Below, one piece after another: positions 46,361-59,729 of a stretch of DNA of 64,000 nt (the stretch's first letter is position 1; each line of letters opens with the position of its first letter). The position numbers were made by a program, and so were the translations under genes. Origin of the DNA: the human T2T-CHM13v2.0 reference genome, Homo sapiens; NCBI RefSeq assembly GCF_009914755.1, contig NC_060934.1; one strand, 5' to 3'. The notes under the pieces were generated by a model that did not search any database, had not been told where the DNA came from, and saw nothing but the letters and a program-made list of their open reading frames with translations.

Positions 46361-46487
46361 CCATCATTAAGAAGGCCCTAGACTTTGGACTTCTCAGCCT
46401 CCATATGTATAAAAAAAATTCCTTTTTAAAATAACTTTCTCAGTTTCAGATATTCTGTCATAAACAACGGGAAATGGACTAAGACAC
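46361..46487. mobile_element. MST/MLT1A LTR end fragment
   Basis: TTGGACTTCTCAGCCTCCA...AATGGACTAAGACA. Confidence 0.75.
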
Positions 46488-46548
46488 TGGAGCCCAGGTA
46501 ACATGACGCAGGGGGAGATGGTGATGTCTTGAGTGAGAGCAAAGACCT

Positions 46549-46590
46549 TCAGATGAGATCCAGTGCGTTCAGGGTGGTATGGCCACAGAC
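46549..46590 (-). pseudogene. 3'-truncated (tailless) 5S rRNA retropseudogene, nt 1-42
   Basis: Reverse strand GTCTGTGGCCATACCACCCTGAACGCACTGGATCTCATCTGA is 36/42 identical to the 5S rRNA 5' end; 17-bp TSD AGARCAAAGACCTTCAG. Confidence 0.92.
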
Positions 46591-48724
46591 AGAACAAAGA
46601 CCTTCAGGTTGTAAGTGCTCTCATTCTGCATCTTGAAGGAAAAGACAAGTGTCCTTCAATAGTTTGGATTACAAGAGTTGAGAAAAATAAGATAAGGATG
46701 AAAATAAGGTTTTAACCTTCCTACAGGACGAATTGAACAGAATTTTGATCAATGGAGAGTGTGTGATGAGTACTACAGTAGGATCAGATAGAAGGGAGAG
46801 GACAACACCTCCGTTTTAGAAGTAATAAGCTGGGTATTTATCAGAAAACCAGGCAGGCAAACGGACTAGAGTTAATGAGCACGTCCAGCTCCAGGAAAGA
46901 AATCTGAGCTGGGGATGAAATCTGAGCACCATTTGCATGTGGATGTTCTTAAAGAATGCATGAGGCTAGATGTGATCTTGAGGGGCCAGAGCATAGATGG
47001 CAAAGGGCTGAAGAAGGCTCACACCTTGAGGCACCAGCAAGCAAGAGGCTGGGAACAAGAGCAGGAAAAAGCAGAGAAGCCCAAGGAGATGGGATCAATG
47101 AGTTCAGGGGAAAAGGGGCAGACCTGGGCAGTGTCCTAGAAGCTAAATGAGAGCAGTGCTTCAGCTAAGAAGGCATAGCAACTCCTTTATATGAGGAGTG
47201 AGAATTAGCCATGAAACTTCACAGGCAGGTCATCGTTGGTGCACTGGACAAGAGCAGTTTGGTTGGAGTATGGAGGTAGGGTGAGATGAAAGCCTCATTG
47301 GAGAAGGTTCAACAAGAATAGAGTGAGAGGAACTTCACACAAAAGGTATGGGTGATTATTTGAATGAATTATATTGCAAAAGGGAGCATAATCTTAGCTG
47401 GTAGAAAAAGTAAATCAGAGGAGCTATGTTTGCAAAGATGGTATGATAGCATGTTTGCATGCTGGAGGGAATGATAGGGGAGAGAGAGAAAATGAAATAA
47501 TGTGGGAATAAAAAAGAAGGGTTCCAGGAGCTGTGTCTTTGCAAAGGCAAGAGAGGATGACCTCTACGAACAAGTGATTGGTTTTGCACAGGGGGAGGGA
47601 TAATGTATCTATAGGTATAGATGGGAACTTAGAATGGATGGTTACTGGTGGTGCTACGTGGGAAGCTATGAAGACACAGAAGTTCTCTTCTGATTTCTTC
47701 AATTTTCCCAGTAAACAGAAGGCACAGTCATCATCTGAAGGTGATGAGGCCGTGGGAGGTAGTGAAGATTTCTGTAGAGGAGAGCTATTAAGTGAGAGTC
47801 TAGAGAACAGATAAGGGAAGTGGAATATAGAATTATAACGTTATTACAATGATTGCCAGGCCACCATCAGGATGCAGTTGTGTTGTGATTGTCAATGTTT
47901 GAAATGACAACACTCAGGTTGGTTGTGTGATTTCCTGTCAGTGTCAAAGGCACAGCTGCCGTTGCTCTACATAAAGACTGTGGCTTGACCAGGTATCCCA
48001 AAACTAGACAGGGACAAAGGAATGGAGGGTTTAGCCAGCCAGAGATCACTGGGCATTGTGTAAATTCTTTTACTATGGAAGATAGTTGTTGAAACAAACA
48101 GAAAAAAGACAATGTGGAGGACACAGAGAAGGTAGAAGAAAACTTAAACAAACCCACCTTCTTCTAGACTGTCGAATATACACACACCTACTCAGTCTGT
48201 AAGCATGAATGAAGGAGATTATATGGCAGTCTGTAAAAGGGAACACTGGAAATAGAATATTAAACATCACTGCTTTTCCTGCTACAGGTGATTAGTCAGG
48301 GGCCATCCTTCTTAGGCCTGTGGCTGCAGAAACCACTGCTGATGAAACACCCTTATGCTACTATTTTAGAACAAACCATTCTCTGGTTTTACTTCTCTCA
48401 GGGGAAGACTGAACACCCGTGTTAATTATTATGCAGAGCAGTTTGGCTCTTGTTTCTCTAAAGAAGTCTAAATCACCTATGTCAGGAAACCTTGCCTGCC
48501 ATTATGAGACCAACCAATTAAGGCATTTTCCTTAGGCCTATAAATCCAAACTCAAAGAGTAGTTTTTAAAATAACCATTTCCTTTTCTTATTATAGTATC
48601 ACTTAGAATTATCTACTCTATTGTAATTAATTGGTCAATTGTCTGCTTCTCTCATTAGAAATCAAGGTCTTTGAAGTCAGGTACTGTGGTTTGTTCACTA
48701 TTGTTTGCCTAATATGAAACTATT

Positions 48725-50110
48725 TGGACCCTATCAAACATCGTTCATAAAAATTAATGCCAGGTGGGTTACAGATCTAAATGTGAAAGGAATACAAAAC
48801 ACTTCTAAAGGAAAAGACAAGGGTATCTCCGTGCCCTTGGGATGAGTAAAGAATTCTTTAAAAGGACTCCAAAAGCACTGAGTATGAGGGAAAAATTCAC
48901 AAATTGGACTTCATTGCAATTAAGAACTTTCATCAAAATACACCATTAATAGACTGAAAAAGCAAGCTACAGACTGGGTAGAGATATTTGTAATCCACGT
49001 GGCACAAAAGAATTGCATGCAGAATATGTAAAGCAGTTCTTAAAATTAAGTATTTATTTATTTTTGAAACAAAGTCTCACTCTCCCGCCCATGCCGGAGT
49101 GCAGTGGTATGTGATCATGGCCCACTGCGGCCTTGAACTTTCAGGCTTAGGTGATCCTCTTGCCTCAGACTCCTGAGTAGCTGGGACTGCAGGTAGATGT
49201 CACCACACCGAGTTAATTTAAACTTTTGTTGTTGTTGTTTTGATGGGGTCGGTCTCACTATGTTGCCTAGGCTGGTCTCCAACTTCTGGCCTCAAGCGAT
49301 CCACCCACCTCAGCCTCCCAAAGCACTATAATGACAGGTGTAAGCCACTGCGCCCAGCCAAAGTTCTAAAAATTATTAAATATGACAGTCAATGCTATAG
49401 AAATAAAACCTGGAGAACTGAACAGGTGCTTTACAAAAAAGGCTACATGAGTCACCAATAAGCATATAAAAAATGTCCCACATCACTAGTCATGGGGAAA
49501 TGCAGCTTAAAATCAAATGAGACCTCATTGCTCCCCAACCAGAACTGCTGAGTCAACATTGGTGAGCAATGGCAGGCCGTGGCAATGACAGGGGCCGCCT
49601 GAATGCTCAACCCTTGTTGGTGGAAACCTTGGCATGTGTAGCCCATGTGTGGTGGTTTCTCCTAAAATGGGACATACACATTCGGTATCACCCACATTTC
49701 CACTCCTAGGAATCTATCCAACCAAAATGAGGACAAGTGTTCATAAAAAGATGTGTACAAGAATGTTTATGGTGACACTCTTCATAACAACTCCGAAGGC
49801 AAAACAACCAATGCATATGAAGAGCAGAACGAGGACACTGTGGTGCATTCAAAAAACAAGATTGTTTCATTGCGATTTTCAAATGCAAAACTCATCTCAA
49901 GTGTGAAAGACGGAATAGTGGATGCTTTTGGTGAGGGTAGTGACTTCTAGGGCATGGGAGTATCTGAGCTGCTAGCAATGTTTTATTTCCTGGTCATGGC
50001 AGTGGTGACACAGAGGTGATTGCTTTGTGAAAATTATCATTTTTTGCACTTCAATTGTGCATATTCTTATGATGTGTGCACTTTTCAGTGTGTAAGCTAC
50101 ACCAATAAAA
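48725..50110 (+). mobile_element. Old L1M 3' region interrupted by AluJ
   Basis: AGATCTAAATGTGAAAGG, AATTGGACTTCATTGCAATTAAGAACTT, CCACTCCTAGGAATCTATCCAA, GTACAAGAATGTTTAT. Confidence 0.8.
49052..49359 (-). mobile_element. AluJ
   Basis: GATCATGGCCCACTGCGGCCTTGAAC, GGTCTCACTATGTTGCC. Confidence 0.9.
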
Positions 50111-51873
50111 TTCCCTCAAATTATGTGTTCAGTGGTAATTAAAATTCTGCAATTATTTTTTAAATAAAGAAATGACAATACTGTGAGCAATCAGTTGAGT
50201 TGGATGTTATCATGAACAAGAAAGAGGAGAAGCTTCACCCTTGATCAAGAGTTTCCAACATTCTCTATGCCTCTGGAGCCATAGAGTGGGAATTTCAGTG
50301 CTGATTAAATTCCAGTCTGATTTTTTTTTGCATTGTCATAGCTTTGTTACTTAATGAGGTATTGTAAGAATTCCTGCTATTCCTTCCATGGTTGTTATAA
50401 ATGTTGACATTAAAAGACCTTATTGCAATAGTAAAATGAGCTCTACAACCAATGGTTGCCTGTGAGTGATAATGGGGCCATGACCTTATAGGATTTACCA
50501 GTCACTGCACACCTAAGTCATTAATTTGCTAAACACTTTGTGCAATCCCAACTATGAAAAGTACTATACGAGCCAAAATTCTATTCTCTCCTATACGATG
50601 ATTAATCATGTTTGATTAATACGATGTAAAATATCATTAAATAATTTAAATGCAGGTGCATGGATTAAAGTTACTCTAGAGCTTTCATGACATCAACAGT
50701 GACAAATTATGTGCAAGTTTAAGTTTGCACAAGTGATTAATCTGCTATTCTGCAGTTAAAATTAATTATTATTAATTATTATGCTCATATTTACATGACT
50801 GGTTCAAAATATGGCCATTAATGCACTGCATTTTCACAAAGTTATTTTTAAATGTAATCTTACATACTTAATGTACGGCAAGTACAAAGAGCAAGAGAGA
50901 ATTGGCTCAAAATTGTAATTTTAGCTGTTTTAGCTTCAGGTTTAGCTGACTAATTTTTATTAAACAGCCGAGGTTATTAAAATATTTTATTTGTTCTGTC
51001 TGTACAGAGGCTAAATAGGATTGTATTATTCTTATAGTTAAGTGGACTGGTATATATGTTTCCAAATTTTATCTGTAACTATTGGCATGATTTTCTTTTG
51101 AACAATATATTCGGATGTTCTCAACCTGTCTCATGAGTACACTTACCCAAGAAGTGAATGAAGAGGAGGCTTTTAGATGCCACAGAAGCAGAGTAGGAAG
51201 ATTCTAGAATGAGAGAGCTGAGACCCACATTAGACATGAGGTGTTGCCTCTGTTGCCCTGCTGGGAGGGTTTACTTGAACCACTTCAGACAGATATTTAT
51301 CTTACTCTCCAGAGATAGAGATTTTATAGCTTGTGTACAATATGCGATGGTTAGCCACTCTTTGTTGTTTGAGAGTATGAGTGTATAATAAAAATAACCT
51401 TTAAATAGTAGCCACAGTACCAAGAACTTCCATTTATTCGGTACCTATTTGGTTCTAGACCTTGTTTTGGCTCTTCACATTTATTGTCTTGTTGAGATTT
51501 TAGAAAACATTTTCTTTATTACAGTTGACAATACAGAAGCTTGTTTGTCTAAGGCCGTTAATGACACAGGTCTGACTCCTGGTGAAGGACTTTTGGAAAA
51601 TCAAATCTACACAGGGAAGAGCTAAGTGATGTGTATAAGACACAATCTATTCATGTAAATGTCCCCTCACTTTTCTTTCTGGAGGTCAAACTATCATATG
51701 TTTGTTGCTTACCTTGAGAGGCCTATTGACCAGGATATACAGTAAATGTCTTTTAGCTATTTTTGTTAAAAGTAATGCTTCAACTGGTTCCCATTCATAC
51801 TTGCTAGTATTTATCCCTGCAGTGATACTCAGATATACATGGAAGGTGAAGGGGAATGAAATTGAATATATAG

Positions 51874-52324
51874 TGTGATGGTTAATAGTGAGTGTCAACT
51901 TGATTGGATTGAAGGATGCAAAGTATTAATCCTGGGTGTGTCTGTGAGGGTGTTACCAAAGATTAACATTTGAGTCAGTGGGCTGGGGAAGGCAGGCCCA
52001 CCCTTAATATGGTGGGCACCATCTAATCAGCTTCCAGTGAATATAAAGCAGGCAGAAAAACATGAAAAGGTGAGACTGGCCTAGCCTCCCAGCCTACATA
52101 TTTCTCCCATGCTGGATGCTTCTTGCCCTCTAACATTGGATTCCAAGTTCTTCAGTTTTGGAACTCAGACTGGCTCTCCTTGCTCCTCAGCTGGCAGACA
52201 GCCTATTGTGAGACCTTGTGATCATGTAAGTTAATACTTAATAAATTCCCCTTTATATAAAATAGAATATATTTTATTTATATATATATTAGTTCTGTCC
52301 CTCTAGAGAACCCTGACTAACACA
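51874..52324 (+). mobile_element. MLT2A (probably MLT2A1) ERVL solo LTR, full length
   Basis: TGTGATGGTTAATAGTGAGTGTCAACTTGATTGGATTGAAGGATGC...CTAGAGAACCCTGACTAACACA; 451 bp; 5-bp TSD TATAG/TACAG. Confidence 0.93.
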
Positions 52325-52429
52325 TACAGTGAGACATTTATTAAAACTGAGGTCCAGAGAGGCAGATAAAACTGAGGTTCAGAGAGCCTACAGGCATGTA
52401 GGGGAATAATTAATAAACGAGATAAATTG

Positions 52430-54420
52430 CATTTTCCCTCTTTATTTTCTTTGTGTTTTAGTTTGGTTAATTTTTATTGACTTATCACATAATTTCACTG
52501 ACTTTTTTCCCTTGGCTGTATTGAATTTATGATGGGTTTGTTAAATGCATGGGATTTTTGTTTGTGTATTTATTGTTCTATTTGACTCTTTCTTAGAATT
52601 TTCATCTCTCTGCTGAAATTCTCCATCTTTTCACATGTTGTCCACCTTTTCCACTACAGCCTTTAACACATCTCTGTCTCACAGTTACATTTGGGCCACC
52701 TCTGAGTCTGGTTCTATCGATCATTTTGTCCCTTGAACATGCTTTGTTTTCCCTCACTTGCTTTTTTTGCTCAACACTTTTAATTAATGTCAGATATTAT
52801 GTGTAGAACAGTAAGATGGAGATTATTATTATTTATTCTTTGACATGAGTGTCAGGGAGGAAATATACTGTCTGCTCAACCCTCATAAATTCATAGCTGG
52901 GACCCTTGTAACAAAACAAAGTTTAACAAAATAAAGATAAGCAGGTTTATTAATGTATACAGCACACATCACACTGGAGAAACCCCAGTGAAAGGTAACT
53001 TGAGGCAACAGCTTAGAACTCTGGCTCATATAACATCTTCAACCAAGAATAATAAATTTCTAGAGAAATGAAAGGACAAAGAAAAACAGCCTTAGGCTTC
53101 CAAAGGCAGAAAATTGTGGGAAGGTGAATAGATGGGAAGAAACCCCTGGGGTAAGGTTTATTTGCGGATTCTCTGGTGCCATCTCTGGTTAATAATAGTT
53201 GTCTCCAGTAAAGAGGAATTTATATCCTGTCTTTAGGTAGAAAGCAAAGGACAGAGACTCTCTCTGTCTCTTCCTTCGTCTGCTGCTTCTTAATTGCCTT
53301 TAGCTCAAAAATACTTTTTATGTCAAAAGGCATATTTTGGAATGACATACTCTGGTTTCCTTCATGGGCACAGCCTTTCGGCTAGGCTGTTAGTGTGGGA
53401 GTTGCATCAATCTAGCCTGCAGTTGAGCTGTGTTTGGGTCTTTTGTTGTTTCTATGGTTACCCTTCTTTTAGCACTGGCTTTGATTTCCACCGGAATCTT
53501 CCTGGGTTTACGGTGAGACTAGAGTGATGGGGTGTTTGTCTCCAGGTCCCGCTGCACCCTCAGCTTCCAGCCTTCCCTGGGTGAACCTTCCTTGCCACGC
53601 TGGTCCTCCCCTCCTGGCCCACAGCTTACTTCTTGCTCCAAGTTTGCTGGTCAAGACATGGGGGTGAGCAGAGAAGGGAGCTCTCCATGGTTCTGCTTCA
53701 GCCTCAGTCTTAGGCAGGCCCTAAGTGTGTCTGGGTCTCAATGATTCTACCCAAGCCCTCTGACCTCTTCATGGCAGCCAAACACCACTCTGCATCTTTG
53801 GTGCCTCTCGTCCAAGAGGGAAGTTCCTGTGCCTCTCAGTGCAATGTCTTGGTAAATGGGATTTGCCTGGGATGGCTTCCTGCTCTCCCCTGGAGCTAGT
53901 GTCTTTTTTCTGTATCCTTCCTCCACCCTCTTTGGGTCTACACCTGTGCCACGAGGTGCCAGGTCTTGCCTCCCACCCCCCAGCAGCTTTAGGCACTGCA
54001 CCTTGTGCCTTCCCCACAGGCACAACTCTGTCCCTCTGTCTTGCCAGCTCCCCCAAAGGAGGGCCATGGAGAAGCACCTGCACAGGGTTTGGGACTCCTC
54101 TTGTGTCTGTGGCTCTGAGGAGTTCTGTGCTCTCACACAGACCCACACTTAAGCATTAACACTACGTTGAGGATTTTACTGTTCTGCTTACCTGCTTCTA
54201 TGACCCAGCCTTCCCCTCCTGTGCCCAGGCACTGTGCTGCATCCCTGTTCTCTAGGAGTTGCCCGTCCTTCCTTAGATTTCAGGTTTCTTGGTTTTCTTG
54301 CCATCTCAGCTCTCAGATGAGCTCAAGAAAAATTATGATTTTATAGGTTACTTGTTATTTTTTTTTCTTATTTTAAGGTGGGAGCAATGTTTTTGCACCT
54401 TTGTATATCCTAGACAGAAG
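52430..54420 (-). mobile_element. Old L1M ORF1 / 5' region interrupted by MER34
   Basis: TTTCATCTCTCTGCTGAAATTCTCCATC...CTGAGTCTGGTTCTA and ATCTCAGCTCTCAGATGAGCTCAAGAAAAATTATGATTTT. Confidence 0.65.
52850..53364 (-). mobile_element. MER34-family LTR
   Basis: Reverse strand begins TGAAGGAAACCAGAGTATGTCATTCCAAAATATGCC...TGAGCTAAAGGCAATTAAGAAGCAGCAGA; TSD TGAG/TGGG. Confidence 0.8.
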
Positions 54421-55532
54421 TGGAATTTATGATAAACAGCATTTTAACTTTGACTTCTCACCCAAAAGCATCTGCTATTTTCTCTCTTCTCTGTCTAGTT
54501 CCTAAAGGTGTTCTAACTGAACACAGTCATCTGTTAGAAAAGTTTCCACCTTACCCACCCTGTGCAGTCTGGAGCTGGTCTTTCTACCCTAGGACTAGAA
54601 ATCTGTGTTAGTGTGACCCTTGAATTCCTGATCACTCATCATCCTGCAGCCTTAATTCCTTTTAAAAAATTTTTAGCACATACGTGCAGTTTTACATAAA
54701 TCTATGCATGTGATCATAATATGTAATGATTTTTTTCAAAAAGCTATAATTTACATTTCAATTGCCAATGTATGAGAATATCCACTTACTGTATCTCTGC
54801 TAGCAATAACAGTTACTTTTTTTCCTGTGTATAAAATGATAGCCCATTGTTACTATAATCTGCTTGTCTTTATTGTAAGCTTGAACATAATGTCATAAAT
54901 TTGCTGCCATTTAGCTGTGCACTTCTGTGAATTGCCTTTTCATACTGTTTGCCCATTTTTCTATTGGACTATTTGTCCCCTTCAGGTGAATCTCTCAGAT
55001 CTTCTTATGATTACATATTAGCAATTTCCCCTCAAATAACTGTTGTTCTATTTACTTCTTTGTGATACATTTTATCACACAACTATTTTATTTTTGTGAG
55101 CTGGATAATGCGCACCGTTTTGTTTTTTTTTTTTTTTTTTTTTATATAGCTTCTGAGATTCCAACCTTTGTTAAATGGGATTCTCAAGCCTTTAGCTTAA
55201 ACTTTTTGTTACCTAGAGTTGTACAAAGTGCACAAAAATACAGGCAGCTTTAAAGATGCATAAAAGTCAATGGAATGAAGGTAACTCACAGATGGAGTAC
55301 GGGACCCTGGCCATCCTGCAGAGTTGAGGTTGAGCTGAGTGTACATGGATTCCCTCATCACGTACATATGTACAGGGAATGGTTGCAGCAAACACGTATT
55401 GTCAGAATCCAGGGAGCTCCAACGTAGATCTAATGAGGTAGTTTCTTAATCAACTGCCAAAAGCAGGGAGGTGAGCTTTCAGGGCCATCTGAATTTGTCT
55501 CTGCTCACTTAGGCTTTATTCAAAAACTGTGT

Positions 55533-55803
55533 TATTTTATTTTTTTGAAATGGAGCCTGGCTCTGTCTCCCAGGCTGGAGTGCAGTGGTGTGATCTTGGC
55601 TCACTGCAACCTCTGCCTCCTGGGTTCAAGAGATTCTCCTGCCTCAGCAGGAGATTACAGGCACCCGCCACCACTCCCAGCTAATTTTTGTAGTTTTAGT
55701 AGAGATGGAGTTCCACCACATTGGCCAGGCTGGTCTCAGGCGATCCACCTGCCTCGGCCTCCCAAAGTGCTGGGATTACAGGCGTGAGCCACTGTGCCTG
55801 GCC
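55533..55803 (-). mobile_element. AluS with two small deletions
   Basis: Antisense dimer; GGTCTC|AGGCGATCC deletion junction. Confidence 0.92.
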
Positions 55804-57312
55804 TATTTTATTTTTTTAATTCAAGTGTTTAATCACTTGGAATTTATTTTTATAAGAAGCGAAATAGCATTCAAATTGCATCTTTTTCCAGATGTGCAGC
55901 TATTTTTGCCAATTCTGTTTATTAAAAGGCCTAACCATTTCTCACTAAATAGAAATGCTATCTTCATTATATATTCATGTCTCATATCACCTATTTAAAT
56001 ATCTCCCAGCCAATGCCACATTAATTTTACTGTAATGGCTCTATAGTTTTTCCTATATCTGGTAAGTCAAATCACTTCCTTCCTAGGCTTCTATTTAAAA
56101 TGTTCCTGGGTATTCTTTGACATTTATTTTCTCATATAAATTTTATGGTCATATAATTCAAGTGAAGCTTAATACAATAATTATCATTGTATATTACACT
56201 TGAAAAGTTTCACACTTTTATATCAAAGACTTCTCACACTAGAATATTCTCTGTCTTTCCATTTATTCATATAATATGTTATATTCCTCAATAAGATATT
56301 CTATCGTTTTTAATAAAGGTTGTTTCTATCTGGTGAATTTCATTCCTTAATACCTTATGTTTTTCTCATTATTATGGGAATTTTTTCTTATTTTTATTTG
56401 TTTTTATTATTAAACTAGAAAAAAACCTAATGCCTTTTACATATTTATCTTATATCCATCTGCCTTACCTAGCTCTTCTGTTAATTCTAATTGTTTATAT
56501 TGTGTTTTCTGGGTTTTTCTAGTTATAAAATAATGTCATAAAAAGAGACAATTTTATCTTTTGCAAACATTGTCCCACTTATTAAACTCTGTGTCTAATT
56601 ACGATAAATAGATCTTTGAAGAAAATAATGTTATAATGGTAATAGTAGTAATCCATGTCTAATTTATGATTTTAATCAAACTAGAGTTTGCACTTTATCA
56701 TTTAGAAGAATAATTCCACTTGTTTTATAGAAATAGTCATTATTTTGCCCAAGCAATTCAAATCTACTTCTTTTATGTAAACTGAAAATTTTACATAAGA
56801 ATGGCTAACCAGGATTTTATTAAATATCTTTTTAACACTTTGTGTTAATTTTCTTTTTTAGGCTTGGATAATGGATCCAACGTGACCAAGGAGTGACTCA
56901 TCTTTCTGCCTACTCCATGCCCACACCCATCCAGCTGAATGCGGCTGGGGGAAAATAAATAGACCTTAGGTAGCTCTGAAAGCTGTCCACCAATCAAACT
57001 ATACTTCCATAGCCTTTTCCTCTCCCACTCCTCTTCCCAGAAACTTCCTACGCTTTTCCACATCCCTACCCTTGGTCGATGATGTCACCTTCTGTTCCGC
57101 ATCTGAAGAAACTGCAGGCTGATCACCTGTGCTCCTCTCCACCCTCTCCGGCCACTGTCAGCAAGGTTGCCTCCCCTGTGACCTGTGCGTACCCCTCCTC
57201 CCACTTGCTCAGGGACAGTGCTCTCAGCATGCCTTTCTCTTGCCCTGAGTAATCAATCTTCCCCATGGATATACAAACGTGCTGCTGTTTCTCTCCAAGG
57301 GCTGAAAAATAA

Positions 57313-57715
<403 letters not shown>

Positions 57716-58543
57716 CCATTCTCTATTGAGCTCCTGCTGAATAGGTTTCTGGCCTCTAGAGTTGCACTAAAACAATCCTTAATTTTGGAATTTCTCCTTG
57801 GGCATCTTCCTTTTCTATTCAAACTCCCTTAGAGATCTCATGTAATTTTACAGTTTTAAGCAATAACTCTATACTAGAGACTCCCAAATGTTTATTTCCA
57901 GACAAGACCTCTCCCCATCAACTCAAGTCCCATACATCTAATGCTCTATTTGATGCCATTTGGATGTCTAGTAGGCATGACAATCTTGATGTCTTCAAAT
58001 CAGTTTCTGATCTCTCCCCATGTTTACCCATACTTGTTCATCCATCAGTCTTCCAGTCTCTCTTTATGATTCTTCTTTATGTAGATTTCTTCTCAAGCTC
58101 CAGTTCTTGAAGTCTTTCTTACCATTTCTTCTCCTCACATCACAAATTCATCCATTAAAATATCCTCTTGATTTTGTCTTAAAAATATATCACATCATTT
58201 CTCACCATCTTTACCATCACCACCTTAACCCAAGGTGCCAGGATCCTTGTCTGGATAATTGCAAAATTATCCTGATTTTTCCCCCTCCAATACAGCAGCA
58301 AGAGTAATCTGTTGAATGGGAGGCCAAGGAATGGCCACTCTGGCTTCCTAAAAGGCAGGCTCACTACTGCCCAGGTGTCCTGCATGGTCTGGTACCCTGG
58401 CCTCTCTGTTGAGCTCTTCTGTGCTTTCTCCTGGGTTTGTTTTGATCCAGCACATGGTCTTTCTCCTGTGGAGTCAGCTGTGTCTTCTCCCTCTGCCTGG
58501 AATGGTCTCCCCACCATGCCCCCAGCCCCGCATTTCCACATAG

Positions 58544-58924
<381 letters not shown>

Positions 58925-59729
58925 TCTGCCTACATTCTTTATTTCAGCTTTCATCCATTTCACTTATCACCACTTAACATATTAGGTATGTGTTTTCTTC
59001 TTAGTTTGTTTCTTGTCTCTCTCTTCACACTAGAGTGGAAGCTCCATGAAGGGTGGTAGAGACTTCTGTTTTTTGTTCTATTTCTGCATTTCTGACACAG
59101 ATAAAAGTATATGGAACATATTAGGTGCTCAACAACACCAACATAAACTAATAAAATCAGATAAATAAAGGAAAATACTGCTGAAATAAAATTCCTATTA
59201 CTTAATAAATTTTTCATCTGTATTCATAAACCAGATCTGGGTACAATTTTCCTTTATTGTTCTATATCAGATTTTTTAAAGAGCTATATTGCCTTTGTCA
59301 AATGAATTGGGGAGGCCTTTCATCTTTTTTTCTAAGGCCTGGAATAATTTAACTTTGAAAAGCTCTCTTTCTTAAAGGTTATATAAAATTCATGTTACAT
59401 AAACCTCAGCTGGGAACCCATCTGTTCTCAGTGACTTTTTCAATGGTAGATTTTTAAGTGTCTTTTTCTAAACTCTCTTATGGTAACTGATGTATTTAAG
59501 TTTCCCCTTTCTTCTTGGGTGAATTTTGGCAACACATAGTTTGCTGGGAAATCATCCATTTCCTCTAAACTTTCAAATGTCTTGTCAGAAAGTTTCATAT
59601 ATATTTTTATGACTGCTTTAATCACTTCTATATGTATGGTTATTCCTTGTTTCTCTCTCATAATTTGGTTTATTTTTGCCTTCTCTCTTTTTCCTTTAAA
59701 GAAGTTCATGAGGCATTAATATAATTAAA

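Larger units (their letters stand above)
45353..46729. repeat. 80-bp inverted repeat pair (45353-45432 / 46650-46729)
   Basis: The arms are reverse complements with 3 mismatches in 80 nt. Confidence 0.95.
46075..47850 (-). mobile_element. L2, interrupted by a MaLR fragment and a 5S retrocopy
   Basis: CATTCATTC...TGAGCACCTACT, CCAGCCCTCATGGAG, GATAAGTGCTAAG, TGAGGCTAGATGTGATC, CTGGACAAGAGCAGTTTGGTTGGAG. Confidence 0.75.

Noticed and set aside
45353-46729. Novel DNA transposon with 80-bp TIRs
   Set aside because: No TSD; the interior is older L2/MaLR in the same orientation as the flank; the right arm is itself L2-like.
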